A stretch of 30,084 bases of DNA, from the IMG/VR virus record IMGVR_UViG_2908572912_000002, one strand, 5' to 3'. Source of the DNA: a virus. Taxonomy: Duplodnaviria > Heunggongvirae > Uroviricota > Caudoviricetes. Both the position numbers and the translations under genes were made by a program. The notes under the pieces were generated by a model. It worked only from the letters and a program-made list of their open reading frames with translations, did no database searches and was not told where the DNA came from. Shown here piece after piece: positions 8,523 through 17,437 of this stretch. Within the stretch, counting starts at the first letter, position 1; each line of letters opens with the position of its first letter.

Positions 8523-8948
8523 ATGGAAGGTACTACAATGGCTCAGGTTGCCATTTTTAAACAAATATTCGATAAAGTGCGAAATAATTTAAACTATCAC
8601 TGGTTTTATTCTGAACTAAAACGTCACAATGTCTCACATTACATTTACTATTTAGCTACAGAGAATATTCATCTTGTTCTTGAAAACGATAATACGGTTT
8701 TAATAAAAGGACAGGGTAAGGTTGTAAATGTAAGATTTTCAAAAAATAAATGCCTTATAGAAGCCACCTTAAAAGGATTCAAATCAGGAGAGTTATCATT
8801 TTACGAATACAGGAAAAATCTTGCTACAGCAGGGGTTTTCAGATGGATTACAAATATCCACGAAAACAAAAGGTATTACTATACCTTTGATAATTCATTA
8901 CTCTTTACTGAGAACATTCAGAACACTACACAAATATTTCCGCACTAA
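8523..8948 (+). CDS. DUF1398-family protein (YdfO/YbcV-like prophage protein)
   Basis: 141-aa ORF; [42 protein letters not shown]...[24 protein letters not shown] resembles E. coli YdfO/YbcV as recalled; true start may be the internal Met (MAQVAIF). Confidence 0.7.
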   Translation: MEGTTMAQVAIFKQIFDKVRNNLNYHWFYSELKRHNVSHYIYYLATENIHLVLENDNTVLIKGQGKVVNVRFSKNKCLIEATLKGFKSGELSFYEYRKNLATAGVFRWITNIHENKRYYYTFDNSLLFTENIQNTTQIFPH

Positions 8949-9439
8949 ATCATAACGTCCGGTTTCTTCCGTGCCAGAACCGGACTCGCTGGCATGATGA
9001 AATATGTGTACCCGGTAACCCCGGTGTGCATCGTTTTTGATTATTCCCGCACACTCGCGCAGAAGGAGTTCCCCGTCGGGCTACGGTCTCTGTTAATACG
9101 GGAATACGGCGACGATACAGCGCATGATGTGTCAGGCTTGAATACCTTTATCCTTTAAAAGGGATATCAGTTAAGTTATCCCGTGTAGGGTATAAACCAT
9201 TATCAAAGCCACTCTGTAGGAAGTGGCTTTTGTAATGGCAATAAAAAGCCCCGCGAATGCGAGGCTAAATCCTGGTATTTGTAATGACTGGTTCTTATCT
9301 CAACGCAGCCCCTTACCGCGCGCAAAATGCTCAATATCAAGCATCAGCAATGAGATGTTTAATCTGGATTCACTCCAGAAGTGAGCACCACCCTGTCTAC
9401 AGAGCCAGATGTGAAGGATGATGAGTAAAATTATCGCTA

Positions 9440-9907
9440 TCATCGAAGGCATTGCGTCCTGATGTATTCCTGAAGCGTTCTCAGTGCTGTTTGGTCGCGG
9501 ATAATTCCGTCCCGGATACCGAGAACGTTTCGTCCAGCAACTGGAGAGAGTTCGACGGTGGCATCATTGCCCATGCCGGAGGCGCTGGAGGTTTCGGCTG
9601 AGGATGGCACAGGGCATTTTCCTTTGACGAGCACCCGACCACCATTATCAAGCTTGCGCCGAAGAGCATCATTTTCAGCTTTCGCATCAGCTAACTCCTT
9701 CGTGTATTTATCATCGAGTGCATCAGCATCACGCTGGCGCTGCTGCATGTCAGTAATGGTGGCGTTCGCCTTCTCCAGTTCACTGGCCTTGTTATCGCGC
9801 TGTTCTTTGTAGGCGATTGCATTATCACGGTAATGATTAACAGCCCATGACAGGCAGACGATGATGCAGATAACCAGAGCGGAGATAATCGCGGTTACCC
9901 TGCTCAT
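9440..9907 (-). CDS. Rz: i-spanin Rz (RzpD-like), N-terminal TM anchor, coiled-coil periplasmic domain
   Basis: ORF 9440-9919; likely start [26 protein letters not shown]... overlapping endolysin stop; downstream of endolysin. Confidence 0.8.
   Translation of the reverse strand: MSRVTAIISALVICIIVCLSWAVNHYRDNAIAYKEQRDNKASELEKANATITDMQQRQRDADALDDKYTKELADAKAENDALRRKLDNGGRVLVKGKCPVPSSAETSSASGMGNDATVELSPVAGRNVLGIRDGIIRDQTALRTLQEYIRTQCLR
9481..9687 (-). CDS. Rz1: o-spanin Rz1 (lipoprotein, Pro-rich) embedded in the +1 frame of Rz
   Basis: 68-aa ORF within Rz on same strand; lipobox MVVGCSS; proline-rich [16 protein letters not shown]. Confidence 0.75.
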   Translation of the reverse strand: MRKLKMMLFGASLIMVVGCSSKENALCHPQPKPPAPPAWAMMPPSNSLQLLDETFSVSGTELSATKQH

Positions 9908-10401
9908 TGTTGCCCCCACAAACAGACCTCACGCTCAATCTCACGACGAGTCATCAGGCCTTTCCATTGCTTACCGCCAGCGTATGCCCAGCGACGTAGC
10001 TGGTCACATGCGCCCTTGATATCGCCCTGGTTTATTTTGCGAAGAAGAGTAGATGTTCTGAAATTGCCTGCGCCCACGTTATAGACGAACGAGTAAAGAG
10101 CGCCGCGCGTTGTTTCCGGTATATCGACTTTGATGTACGGGTTAATTTGTCTGGCTACCGTGGCAAGGTCTTTATTCAGGAGGGCTTTGCATTCTGCTTC
10201 GGTATACGTTTTACCGGGAATGATGTCTTTTCCTGTATGCCCGTGACATACAGTCCATACGCCAACGATATCTTTGTATGGTATGTAGCTGACACCTTCC
10301 AGACCATCGTTACCACTTGGGCCAGTGATTAACACTGATGCTATAGCAATTGCTCCGCCACCAATAGCAGCAGCAACGGCTTTTCGTAATGATGGAGGCA
10401 T
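9904..10401 (-). CDS. R: SAR endolysin (T4-lysozyme-like glycoside hydrolase family 24; RrrD/R21-like)
   Basis: 165-aa ORF; N-terminal Gly/Ala-rich SAR segment [20 protein letters not shown]; ...[21 protein letters not shown]...[20 protein letters not shown]... resembles E. coli RrrD. Confidence 0.9.
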   Translation of the reverse strand: MPPSLRKAVAAAIGGGAIAIASVLITGPSGNDGLEGVSYIPYKDIVGVWTVCHGHTGKDIIPGKTYTEAECKALLNKDLATVARQINPYIKVDIPETTRGALYSFVYNVGAGNFRTSTLLRKINQGDIKGACDQLRRWAYAGGKQWKGLMTRREIEREVCLWGQQ

Positions 10402-10616
10402 TATTCACCTCTCGCAGCCTTGCGCTTATCTTCTTTAATCTTGAAATAAAGGTTTGTCAGGTACGTCAGCAGGCCAAATACCAAGCTACCCAGCACACCT
10501 ATTGCTGCCCACTGTGAGGGCGTGACTTTATCGAGCAGCTGTAAAAACCAGTAGCCAGCACTGCCTGCGGAGGTGCCGTAGGCAATGCCCGTTGTTAACT
10601 TATCCATGGATTTCAT
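10401..10616 (-). CDS. S: pinholin (S21/EssD-like) with dual-start motif (Met1-Lys-Ser-Met4)
   Basis: 71-aa [74 protein letters not shown]; two TMDs; immediately upstream of endolysin. Confidence 0.9.
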   Translation of the reverse strand: MKSMDKLTTGIAYGTSAGSAGYWFLQLLDKVTPSQWAAIGVLGSLVFGLLTYLTNLYFKIKEDKRKAARGE

Positions 10617-10803
10617 AGCCTCACCTCCGCAAATAACGGATGGTGTACACGGTTCGGAACGAAGAGGAAAGGTATAGAAGTTACATTAGCGTAAGGCTTG
10701 AACATCTATTCAAAAAGAAAAACGCCGCGATTATTCTGGCGTAGCTGAAAGCATCATACAATTATCAAATACGAAAATTACAAAATCATTAAAACGCATC
10801 ACG

Positions 10804-11544
10804 TTACATCATGTCTTTTTCTAAAAAAAATCTTGATGAATATTGATGGGGAGGAACACCAAAATACCTTCTGAAAACACTTACAAAATATGACGTGTTT
10901 TCATAACCGCATATCTCAGCAACTTTTCCAACAGAATATAAATTGTAGCTTAATAACCTTTCCGCCATCACCATTCGCTCTTCAAGAATTAACTTACTAA
11001 ATGATAAGCCTTCGTGCTTTAATTTTCTTTTTAACAGACTTTCACTCAGATACAGTCTTGAAGATATATCACAAAGTCTCCATGCTGCAGATATATCCGT
11101 GTGAATAATAGCCTTAACTTTACTTCCTAAACTATTAAGACATCCAAATAAAAAACTTTGCACTATTTTCTCTGAAGATAAGATAGCAAGACATGCAAGT
11201 GATATTTGATTTCTAACAAAATCCACAGTTCTGCCATCACAATTCAAGCATGCAATCAAGTTCTTTAACAATGAAAAATCTTCACATTCCACCATCAAGT
11301 ATGCCGGATAAAACCTTCTTACAGAAAAAGGTGAGAGTGTGTTGCTTTTAAAGAAATCATTAACTGTTTTTTCTTCAACATCTACGATCATTACATGATC
11401 TATATTTGATGAAAAAAAATCTTTTAAATTGTAATCAATGAGAACAGCACTTCCTTTTTTAAACAAAATATCTTCTTTACCAATTCGGACATCAAACGAG
11501 TTCAACACCAAAATGATAGAACATATGTATAGCATATTATCCAC
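10804..11544 (-). CDS. AraC-family transcriptional regulator, AppY-like (paralog of 1103-1855)
   Basis: 246-aa ORF; C-terminal HTH ISSRLYLSESLLKRKLKHEGLSFSKLIL...VGKVAEICGYENTSYFVSVFRRYFGVPPHQY; low-GC; AT-rich upstream region. Confidence 0.8.
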   Translation of the reverse strand: MDNMLYICSIILVLNSFDVRIGKEDILFKKGSAVLIDYNLKDFFSSNIDHVMIVDVEEKTVNDFFKSNTLSPFSVRRFYPAYLMVECEDFSLLKNLIACLNCDGRTVDFVRNQISLACLAILSSEKIVQSFLFGCLNSLGSKVKAIIHTDISAAWRLCDISSRLYLSESLLKRKLKHEGLSFSKLILEERMVMAERLLSYNLYSVGKVAEICGYENTSYFVSVFRRYFGVPPHQYSSRFFLEKDMM

Positions 11545-11886
11545 CTGATATCATTGGGGTTACACCAGGTAAGTATAGGTGGAAAATCAATATTCGCCAG
11601 TTCAACAATAAGGAAAATTTCATTGCATCACAAGTATAAAATTATGTATTTAACTCACAAAGACAAATTATTAAACCAATCTGTTATATTATATATAGCT
11701 GCGTGGAATCATAATATTATATATTTTGACTGGCATGTTTACTAACTTTAAGTTGCATCTCAATTGTTTCTTCAGCGTAAACAGACTTTTTATACAAACT
11801 GACACTCTGGGTATCATAGTGTAGTTTTTACGATTGTAAATATCCTGCATGCAGGAACTCATCCTTTTGGATGATATCGCATACAA

Positions 11887-12846
11887 TTAATTTACCATCA
11901 GTCTTAGAGCCAGTTCGTCCGGATAGGGATCGAAGTAATTCTGTGTAAGCAAGTAATCATTAGGATACTCACCCAGATAATGCTTCAGCAGAGTCAACGG
12001 CGCAAGAAGAGGTAATGTGCCAGAACGATAGTTAAGTATAACCTCGCTCAACTCTTTACGCTGGCGTGTACTTAAGTAGTTACTAAAATACCCCTGTATA
12101 TGCATCAGCACATTCGTGTGATTTTTACGTGATGCAGGTTTTCTGAGAATCGCCATCAGCTTATCACGATACACCTCAAAGTATGATTCAAGGTCCGCCC
12201 ACTCGTGTATTGCAGCCACAAATGGTCCCATATCTTTATAGCCTGCCTGACTATGCGCCAACAACTGAAGCTTATAACGACTATGAAAAGCTAATAACTC
12301 TCTTCTTGATAATTTCTCCTTGTAAAGGTGATTGAGCTCATGCAAAGCAAAAACTCTTTCAACAAAATTCTCACGAAGCACTGGATCATGTAATCGCCCA
12401 TCCTCTTCAACCGGTAGCCAGGAAAACTTTTCCATCAAAGTGCTCGTAAATAGTCCCACTCCATCTTTACGACCTCGATTACCATTTTCATCATAGACAC
12501 GCACGCGCTCCATGCCACAGCTGGGAGATTTAGCACAAACCACAAACCCCGATACATCCTTTAATTTGTCCATATAAGAACGACTAAACTCTGTCATTCT
12601 CTCTGTCACATCCTCATTCTGGTCGTGGCTGAAACACATCCGTATATTTCCTTGCGTCGAGCGCACAAGACGTAGAGCAGGACGCGGAACTGGCAGCCCT
12701 ATAGCCATTTCCGGACATACTGGTCTGAATGTTACCCATTCCACTAATTTGTCCATTAAAAAGTCAGCTCTTTTGTGACCACCATCAAAACGAACAGCAG
12801 AACCGGCCAAACAACCGCTGATTCCAATCACAGGTTTTTTTATCAT
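11887..12846 (-). CDS. two-domain DUF523 (TudS-like, putative 4Fe-4S thiouracil desulfidase fold) plus DUF1722 (YbgA-like) protein
   Basis: 319-aa ORF; N-terminal VIGISGCLAG...VRFDGG...RPVCPEMAIGLPVPRP...CAKSPSCGMERV (Cys pattern of DUF523); C-terminal YbgA-like helical region. Confidence 0.65.
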   Translation of the reverse strand: MIKKPVIGISGCLAGSAVRFDGGHKRADFLMDKLVEWVTFRPVCPEMAIGLPVPRPALRLVRSTQGNIRMCFSHDQNEDVTERMTEFSRSYMDKLKDVSGFVVCAKSPSCGMERVRVYDENGNRGRKDGVGLFTSTLMEKFSWLPVEEDGRLHDPVLRENFVERVFALHELNHLYKEKLSRRELLAFHSRYKLQLLAHSQAGYKDMGPFVAAIHEWADLESYFEVYRDKLMAILRKPASRKNHTNVLMHIQGYFSNYLSTRQRKELSEVILNYRSGTLPLLAPLTLLKHYLGEYPNDYLLTQNYFDPYPDELALRLMVN

Positions 12847-13038
12847 ATTCTCCCCCTTGACTAATTCATTAACACATAAACTGTGTAGTGCACGGAATAA
12901 ATTGCCTTTCTGGCGTCATCACTGACAATTTTTCTGTTATGGACTATTCCTAATATAGTATGAAAGTTCTTTAAGTGATCGGTCGTAATCATCTATCTTT
13001 CATACTTACTCTCAACTATCAAAAGTACAGGATTTATT

Positions 13039-13563
13039 ATGAAGTTATGGCCTGTGTTGACTGGCATTGCACTCTCTTTCACTCTTATAGCATGTAAGGC
13101 CCCGACACCACCTAAAGGTGTGCAGCCGATTACAAATTTTGACGCCAACCGCTACCTCGGAAAATGGTATGAAATAGCTCGCCTCGAGAACCGGTTCGAA
13201 CGTGGTCTGGAACAGGTCAGCGCTACTTATGGAAAACGGAACGACGGAGGGATTCGTGTACTTAACCGTGGATACGATCCAACGAAAAATAAATGGAGCG
13301 AGAGCGAAGGTAAAGCATACTTTACTGGAGATACTAAAACTGCAGCATTGAAGGTTTCGTTTTTTGGCCCCTTCTATGGTGGCTATAATGTAATCAAACT
13401 GGATGATGAGTATAAGTATGCTCTTGTCAGTGGTCCGAACAGAGAATACCTATGGATTCTGGCAAGGACCCCAACTATTCCAGATAAAGTAAAAGCAGAC
13501 TATGTGCGAACCGCTCAAAAGTTGGGATTCAATGTCAATGAATTATTATGGGTTAAACAATAA
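13039..13563 (+). CDS. outer-membrane lipocalin lipoprotein (Blc-like)
   Basis: 174-aa ORF; lipobox LIAC; NFDANRYLGKWYEIARLENRFERGLE...GKAYFTG...ALKVSFFGPFYGGYNVI...YLWILARTP closely resembles E. coli Blc. Confidence 0.85.
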   Translation: MKLWPVLTGIALSFTLIACKAPTPPKGVQPITNFDANRYLGKWYEIARLENRFERGLEQVSATYGKRNDGGIRVLNRGYDPTKNKWSESEGKAYFTGDTKTAALKVSFFGPFYGGYNVIKLDDEYKYALVSGPNREYLWILARTPTIPDKVKADYVRTAQKLGFNVNELLWVKQ

Positions 13564-13591
13564 AATCCCTACCCGAAATAATACTTATTAG

Positions 13592-13618
13592 AAAAAAACC
13601 AGCCTTTGGGGAGGCTGG
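13592..13618 (-). terminator. Rho-independent terminator downstream of Q (candidate tR' of the late transcript)
   Basis: Minus-strand hairpin ccagcc-tccccaaa-ggctgg followed by TTTTTTT; ~100 nt after the Q stop. Confidence 0.55.
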
Positions 13619-13718
13619 CTAAATCAGGAAACAAGCTGTTATATGATAATAACTACGTTGCGATTCCAACATTTAAAATGTTAGACTAATGACAATCAGA
13701 CAGCAACTTTTCCTTTAA

Positions 13719-14111
13719 TTATTTCGAACAATCAGCATCCATCTCCAATCGGAGATCCAACACCATCAGCATACCCTCCACTACGCCCTCAGCTTTCTGA
13801 AGCATCCTGCCAACCCAACAATCAGATCGCCCATGCTTACGTGCAAGCGCCATAAAAGTCATGCCGCCGACATAATAGTCCACCAATAAATCATGCAAAT
13901 CGCTGTTGTTCTTTTTCAGACGGGCCATGCACCCGCAAATGATCATCGCGTCATCGTCACAACATTGTGGGCGAGATTTTACTTTTGAAGGAATTAATCC
14001 CTTAAAACCGGCGGCAATGGACGACCAGGTCACATCTTCATGATTATTAGCCGCCCACGCTCCCCAACGCTCAAGAACCATCTGAATATCACGCATCAAC
14101 TTACTCCACAA
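13719..14111 (-). CDS. Q: late-gene antiterminator Q (phage 82/21/DLP12 QuuD type)
   Basis: ORF 130 aa; from internal Met: [62 protein letters not shown]... resembles QuuD; sits between rusA and lysis genes. Confidence 0.85.
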   Translation of the reverse strand: MWSKLMRDIQMVLERWGAWAANNHEDVTWSSIAAGFKGLIPSKVKSRPQCCDDDAMIICGCMARLKKNNSDLHDLLVDYYVGGMTFMALARKHGRSDCWVGRMLQKAEGVVEGMLMVLDLRLEMDADCSK

Positions 14112-14318
14112 AACTCAGACCAGAACGCCAATTACAAGCAAAAATCAACAAAACAGTATTAGTTGATTGTTATCTCTGACTTCATACTCCTGCTCCTGTC
14201 AGTGTTTTGGCGTAATTCTTCAGTATTCGGTAATCGGTCAAAACAGAACCGGGGAAACGATATAAGCGCAGACGCCCCCAGCGGTGGCGAAGAAGTTCTG
14301 CCATATTAAACTCAAACA

Positions 14319-14681
14319 TCATTCATTCCCCATTTCGGTGATGGTCAGTTCCAGCCTCCCACCTTTGGTAACAGGCATCTTCACAACGCGGTAATCAACG
14401 ACCTGAGCATCATCCAGCCAGAAACCTGCTTTAGTGAGTGCGTCAAAAGCGGCTTTTTGCAGATTATCCAGGTCACGGCGACGGCGATCCGGCATGTGGC
14501 ACTCAATGCGGATTTTCACAGGCATAGCCAGGCCGATATCTAGCATTGCGTTTTTAATGATTCGGGCGACGTTATCGCGGTATGCCTGCCCCTCTGCGCT
14601 GATGTGCGTGCGTCCGCGATTATGGCGGTAATAGCGATTATTGCTCGGAGGCCAGGGTAATGTGATGCTGTAGGTATTCAC
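14319..14681 (-). CDS. rusA: Holliday-junction resolvase RusA
   Basis: 120-aa [97 protein letters not shown]... matches RusA as recalled. Confidence 0.95.
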   Translation of the reverse strand: MNTYSITLPWPPSNNRYYRHNRGRTHISAEGQAYRDNVARIIKNAMLDIGLAMPVKIRIECHMPDRRRRDLDNLQKAAFDALTKAGFWLDDAQVVDYRVVKMPVTKGGRLELTITEMGNE

Positions 14682-14968
14682 GCCTTAATAACCCCCTCTT
14701 TCAGCCAGATAACCTGTGTTCTCGCCATACCTTCCAGCGCGCATTCTTTTGCATATGCAGCATCGACAAAATGTGTGCGGCGGTCGATTTCGTCGTGGCA
14801 GGCAGAACATGCAATGGTGGCAATCAGGTCTGGCGGTTTGATACCGGTACCGCACAATCCAGCCAGCCGGATATGTGCCAGTACAGACGTCTCAGAATTG
14901 CCATTACATACGCCAGGGATTCTTACCTGGCATTCCCGACCACGCGCTGCTTTTCTCAAATCAGCCAT
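14678..14968 (-). CDS. YbcO-like DUF1364 protein (putative nuclease, Cys-rich)
   Basis: From internal Met: [69 protein letters not shown]...; overlaps rusA start. Confidence 0.8.
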   Translation of the reverse strand: MADLRKAARGRECQVRIPGVCNGNSETSVLAHIRLAGLCGTGIKPPDLIATIACSACHDEIDRRTHFVDAAYAKECALEGMARTQVIWLKEGVIKA

Positions 14969-15131
14969 GATTCCTCCTTGCTGCCAGTCGCAACCATTTT
15001 TTATCAACCAGGCTAGCGGTATATCCGAGCAGTGTTGGTATTTCGGATGGCTTCAGCTCAGGCTTACGCTTACGACGATTTGATACTCTGTAGATGTGTC
15101 CGTTCATGACACGAATAAGCGGTGTAGCCAT
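14961..15131 (-). CDS. ninE: NinE-like small basic protein (56 aa; below the ORF-track cutoff)
   Basis: Hand translation of minus strand: [56 protein letters not shown]; start overlaps ninB stop (TAATG), stop overlaps ybcO start. Confidence 0.6.
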   Translation of the reverse strand: MATPLIRVMNGHIYRVSNRRKRKPELKPSEIPTLLGYTASLVDKKWLRLAARRNHG

Positions 15132-15586
15132 TACGCCTCCTGCTTGTCGCGGAGCAGCTGGAACTCGCAGCTCTGCGGAATAGTCAGGTGGCAGCCAATA
15201 TTCATCGCCCAGGCTTCAACCTTACACAGGAAGACATACATCTCTCCGGTATCAAGATTGGAGGTATGACGTAATGACTGAATGGTGGTGATTTCACCGG
15301 TTACGACATCAACCAGTTCTTTGGTTTCATAACCGAGATAAGTGTGTTTGAGAGCATCTTTTACCCAAGCTGGAGTGGCGAACGTTTTACCCCTGCTGAT
15401 GAGGTATTCACTGATTTCGCTGTACCACATGTGGCTGAGTGCATTCTGGGAAAGACTGCGTCTCTCGCGCCACGGTTTAAGCACCATGCGAAAGCATTTG
15501 CCGTCCTCCAGATAAGGCTGGATCTGCCGACCGATAGCGGTGAAGTTACCGCGATGCAATTTGATACCATCTTGTGGGAGGTTCAC
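15131..15586 (-). CDS. ninB: NinB/Orf-family recombination mediator (YbcN-like)
   Basis: 151-aa ORF with ...[20 protein letters not shown]... resembling NinB family; first gene of a ninB-ninE-ybcO-rusA-Q block. Confidence 0.75.
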   Translation of the reverse strand: MNLPQDGIKLHRGNFTAIGRQIQPYLEDGKCFRMVLKPWRERRSLSQNALSHMWYSEISEYLISRGKTFATPAWVKDALKHTYLGYETKELVDVVTGEITTIQSLRHTSNLDTGEMYVFLCKVEAWAMNIGCHLTIPQSCEFQLLRDKQEA

Positions 15587-15792
15587 GCTTCACCTCCGCA
15601 GAGATCAAACGCTGGATGCAAAATATCGCAGGTGCATTTCTGCATCTGTGAATGGAGAAGAGAGGTTGGATTGTATGTGCGCATAAACGTCCCCGTTTAG
15701 CGCAGAAGTCACCGAAGTTGTTCAGGCTCCGATTACTTAATTATGGCAAGTTGATTATCGCAAATCAAAGGTTTTAATTGTGCTTTATTCTT

Positions 15793-15993
15793 TCAAGCGT
15801 TTCCTTCATACCAAAGCCTATAAAGTTTTTCTTCTTCGTTTGGGTTAATAGGCTCACCATGTTTTAATTTTTCAGTGTACAAAATTGTTGAACAAATCGC
15901 GGAAGTTAATCCAGTGATCGCCATCTGCCGCAGATCGGATTTTTGTGTCCCCCTCAACAGACGATCTCCCATCCATGTAATAATTGTATCCAT
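15793..15993 (-). CDS. hypothetical 66-aa protein
   Basis: ORF with in-frame upstream stop and SD-like aagaaggg; no recognisable family. Confidence 0.35.
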   Translation of the reverse strand: MDTIITWMGDRLLRGTQKSDLRQMAITGLTSAICSTILYTEKLKHGEPINPNEEEKLYRLWYEGNA

Positions 15994-16580
15994 GCTTCAG
16001 CCCTTCTTAGTAAATAGTGTGTAGGGCGACTGAAGGACCGAGTTTATGCTTTTTCGCATTGCTTTCAGTTAGTAGACCGGTATAGCACCGGAAACAATCC
16101 TACGGCAAATTGGTTGTCTGACCTCTCGGTTTTTCGTGCATTAACCGATACCCACTACAGTCTCGGCGAAAGCTGCACACCCCCAAGGTGTACTGGTAGC
16201 ACTCGGCACAGCCTAGCGCGCCACTTTCTTCTCACTATCCAGTCTAATTTTATCCCCTAGTCAGACACTCAGATGTAGTGCTCAGCAGCGGCATGCGGGG
16301 GAATACAAAAACTCGGACAAAATTGGGCCCTCCTTTTTGAATCACTCGCGGGGATGTAGTTATTAATACATGGGAAAAGATCTGTTTTCAAATCCAACAT
16401 TATATGGTTTCAATACCACGGGGTGGCTATGTGTTTCTCATTATTATTTACAATCTACTGTAATCGCTCCGAACGCAAATGCGTCAATACTCGAATCAAC
16501 TGATCATCCTGCCACGACTGAAATCTCAAATAGGCCGTTTCTCAAGTAAGAGATTTTGAATGCATTATTGGCTACTGAAA

Positions 16581-16604
16581 TAAAAAACCCAGCGCAAACT
16601 GGGT
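16581..16604 (-). terminator. Rho-independent terminator for the 164-aa secreted-protein gene
   Basis: Minus-strand hairpin acccag-tttgcg-ctgggt followed by TTTTTT, 19 nt after the ORF stop. Confidence 0.6.
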
Positions 16605-16622
16605 TCATATGAAATTTTTTTG

Positions 16623-17117
16623 TCATTTCCAATTGCAAGACTGTGAAATTTTTTCCACAACCTTATCAATCTCAGACAAGTCAAACTCAACTACTTGCAT
16701 AGTTGATCCATAAGGTTCAAACCCAAAAATAGCTTTTTTATGCTTAGCCAAGGTCTTTATAAATTGTATTGGTTGTGGAGCAAATGCAGAATCACCGCCT
16801 TCCCCACCTCCCCAAACACTCTTGACCGGCTTTCCGCCATCTAACCGCACTGTAATTCTTGGGTTGTCCGAACCCATATAATCATTGAATGATAAATAGG
16901 CATCTGTTTTGTTATCACTACAACGCAACACCAGTGAAGTTGCACGATCAGTACCTGCTTTGTTATATGAATCTGGTGATAAATTAAGAGCCACAAAGTC
17001 AGTCTGGTCAGTCATTTTATTTATCTCAGACTTTGTTATCCACGGCCCTAACTTCTCTACACCAGCATTTGCTGTAAACGAGGCACTTATAACAAAGGCT
17101 AAAATAAATTTTCTCAT
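16623..17117 (-). CDS. hypothetical secreted/periplasmic protein with N-terminal signal peptide
   Basis: 164-aa ORF MRKFILAFVISASFTANAGV...; low-GC; lies in a foreign insert between truncated ren and ninB. Confidence 0.6.
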   Translation of the reverse strand: MRKFILAFVISASFTANAGVEKLGPWITKSEINKMTDQTDFVALNLSPDSYNKAGTDRATSLVLRCSDNKTDAYLSFNDYMGSDNPRITVRLDGGKPVKSVWGGGEGGDSAFAPQPIQFIKTLAKHKKAIFGFEPYGSTMQVVEFDLSEIDKVVEKISQSCNWK

Positions 17118-17263
17118 AACCCTATCTCCTTGGATTCAAAGAACTAAATATTATCAAGTCTCTTGCCACTAGAAAACCCACTTTATTTCCAAACTCTGAT
17201 GGCATTCCTGAAAATCCGCTTCATACTCACTTGCCCCGCCCTATCATCCTGAGTAGCTAACCG

Positions 17264-17437
17264 TTAAACAAACGTTCGCCAGACCTTACCATCAATGACC
17301 AGGATTCCTGCCCGCGTCATTTTTGCCGCAGCCTTATTTATGCTGGTTAATGTCACACCTGTTGTCGCAGCAACGTCCGGCGCACAGAAGCTCTTGTGCG
17401 TCTCCAGATAATGAATAATTGCCTCTTTGCCCGTCAT
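17264..17437 (-). pseudogene. ren: ren, truncated after ~53 aa
   Basis: Hand translation MTGKEAIIHYLETHKSFCAPDVAATTGVTLTSINKAAAKMTRAGILVIDGKVWRTFV*; matches lambda Ren N-terminus then ends; start overlaps P stop. Confidence 0.7.

Noticed and set aside
9206-9238. Hairpin aaagccac...gtggcttt between the DUF1398 gene and Rz as a terminator
   Set aside because: Stem is present but the downstream U-tract is weak on both strands; not confident enough to call
9558-10332. Plus-strand ORFs 9558-9812 and 10147-10332 in the lysis cassette
   Set aside because: Antisense to Rz and the endolysin; by contrast the same-strand embedded ORF 9481-9687 is accepted as Rz1
11554-11886. ORFs 11554-11745(+) and 11689-11886(-) between the AraC and DUF523 genes
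   Set aside because: AT-rich intergenic/promoter region; low-complexity translations
14434-15700. Overlapping ORFs 14434-14631, 14771-15016, 14775-15083, 15344-15700, 15361-15570
   Set aside because: Antisense or alternative-frame overlaps of rusA, ybcO-like and ninB
16000-16580. Retron ncRNA (msr/msd) hypothesis for the ORF-free region
   Set aside because: No reverse-transcriptase gene anywhere in the window and no convincing a1/a2 flanking repeats; kept only as an unassigned possible ncRNA
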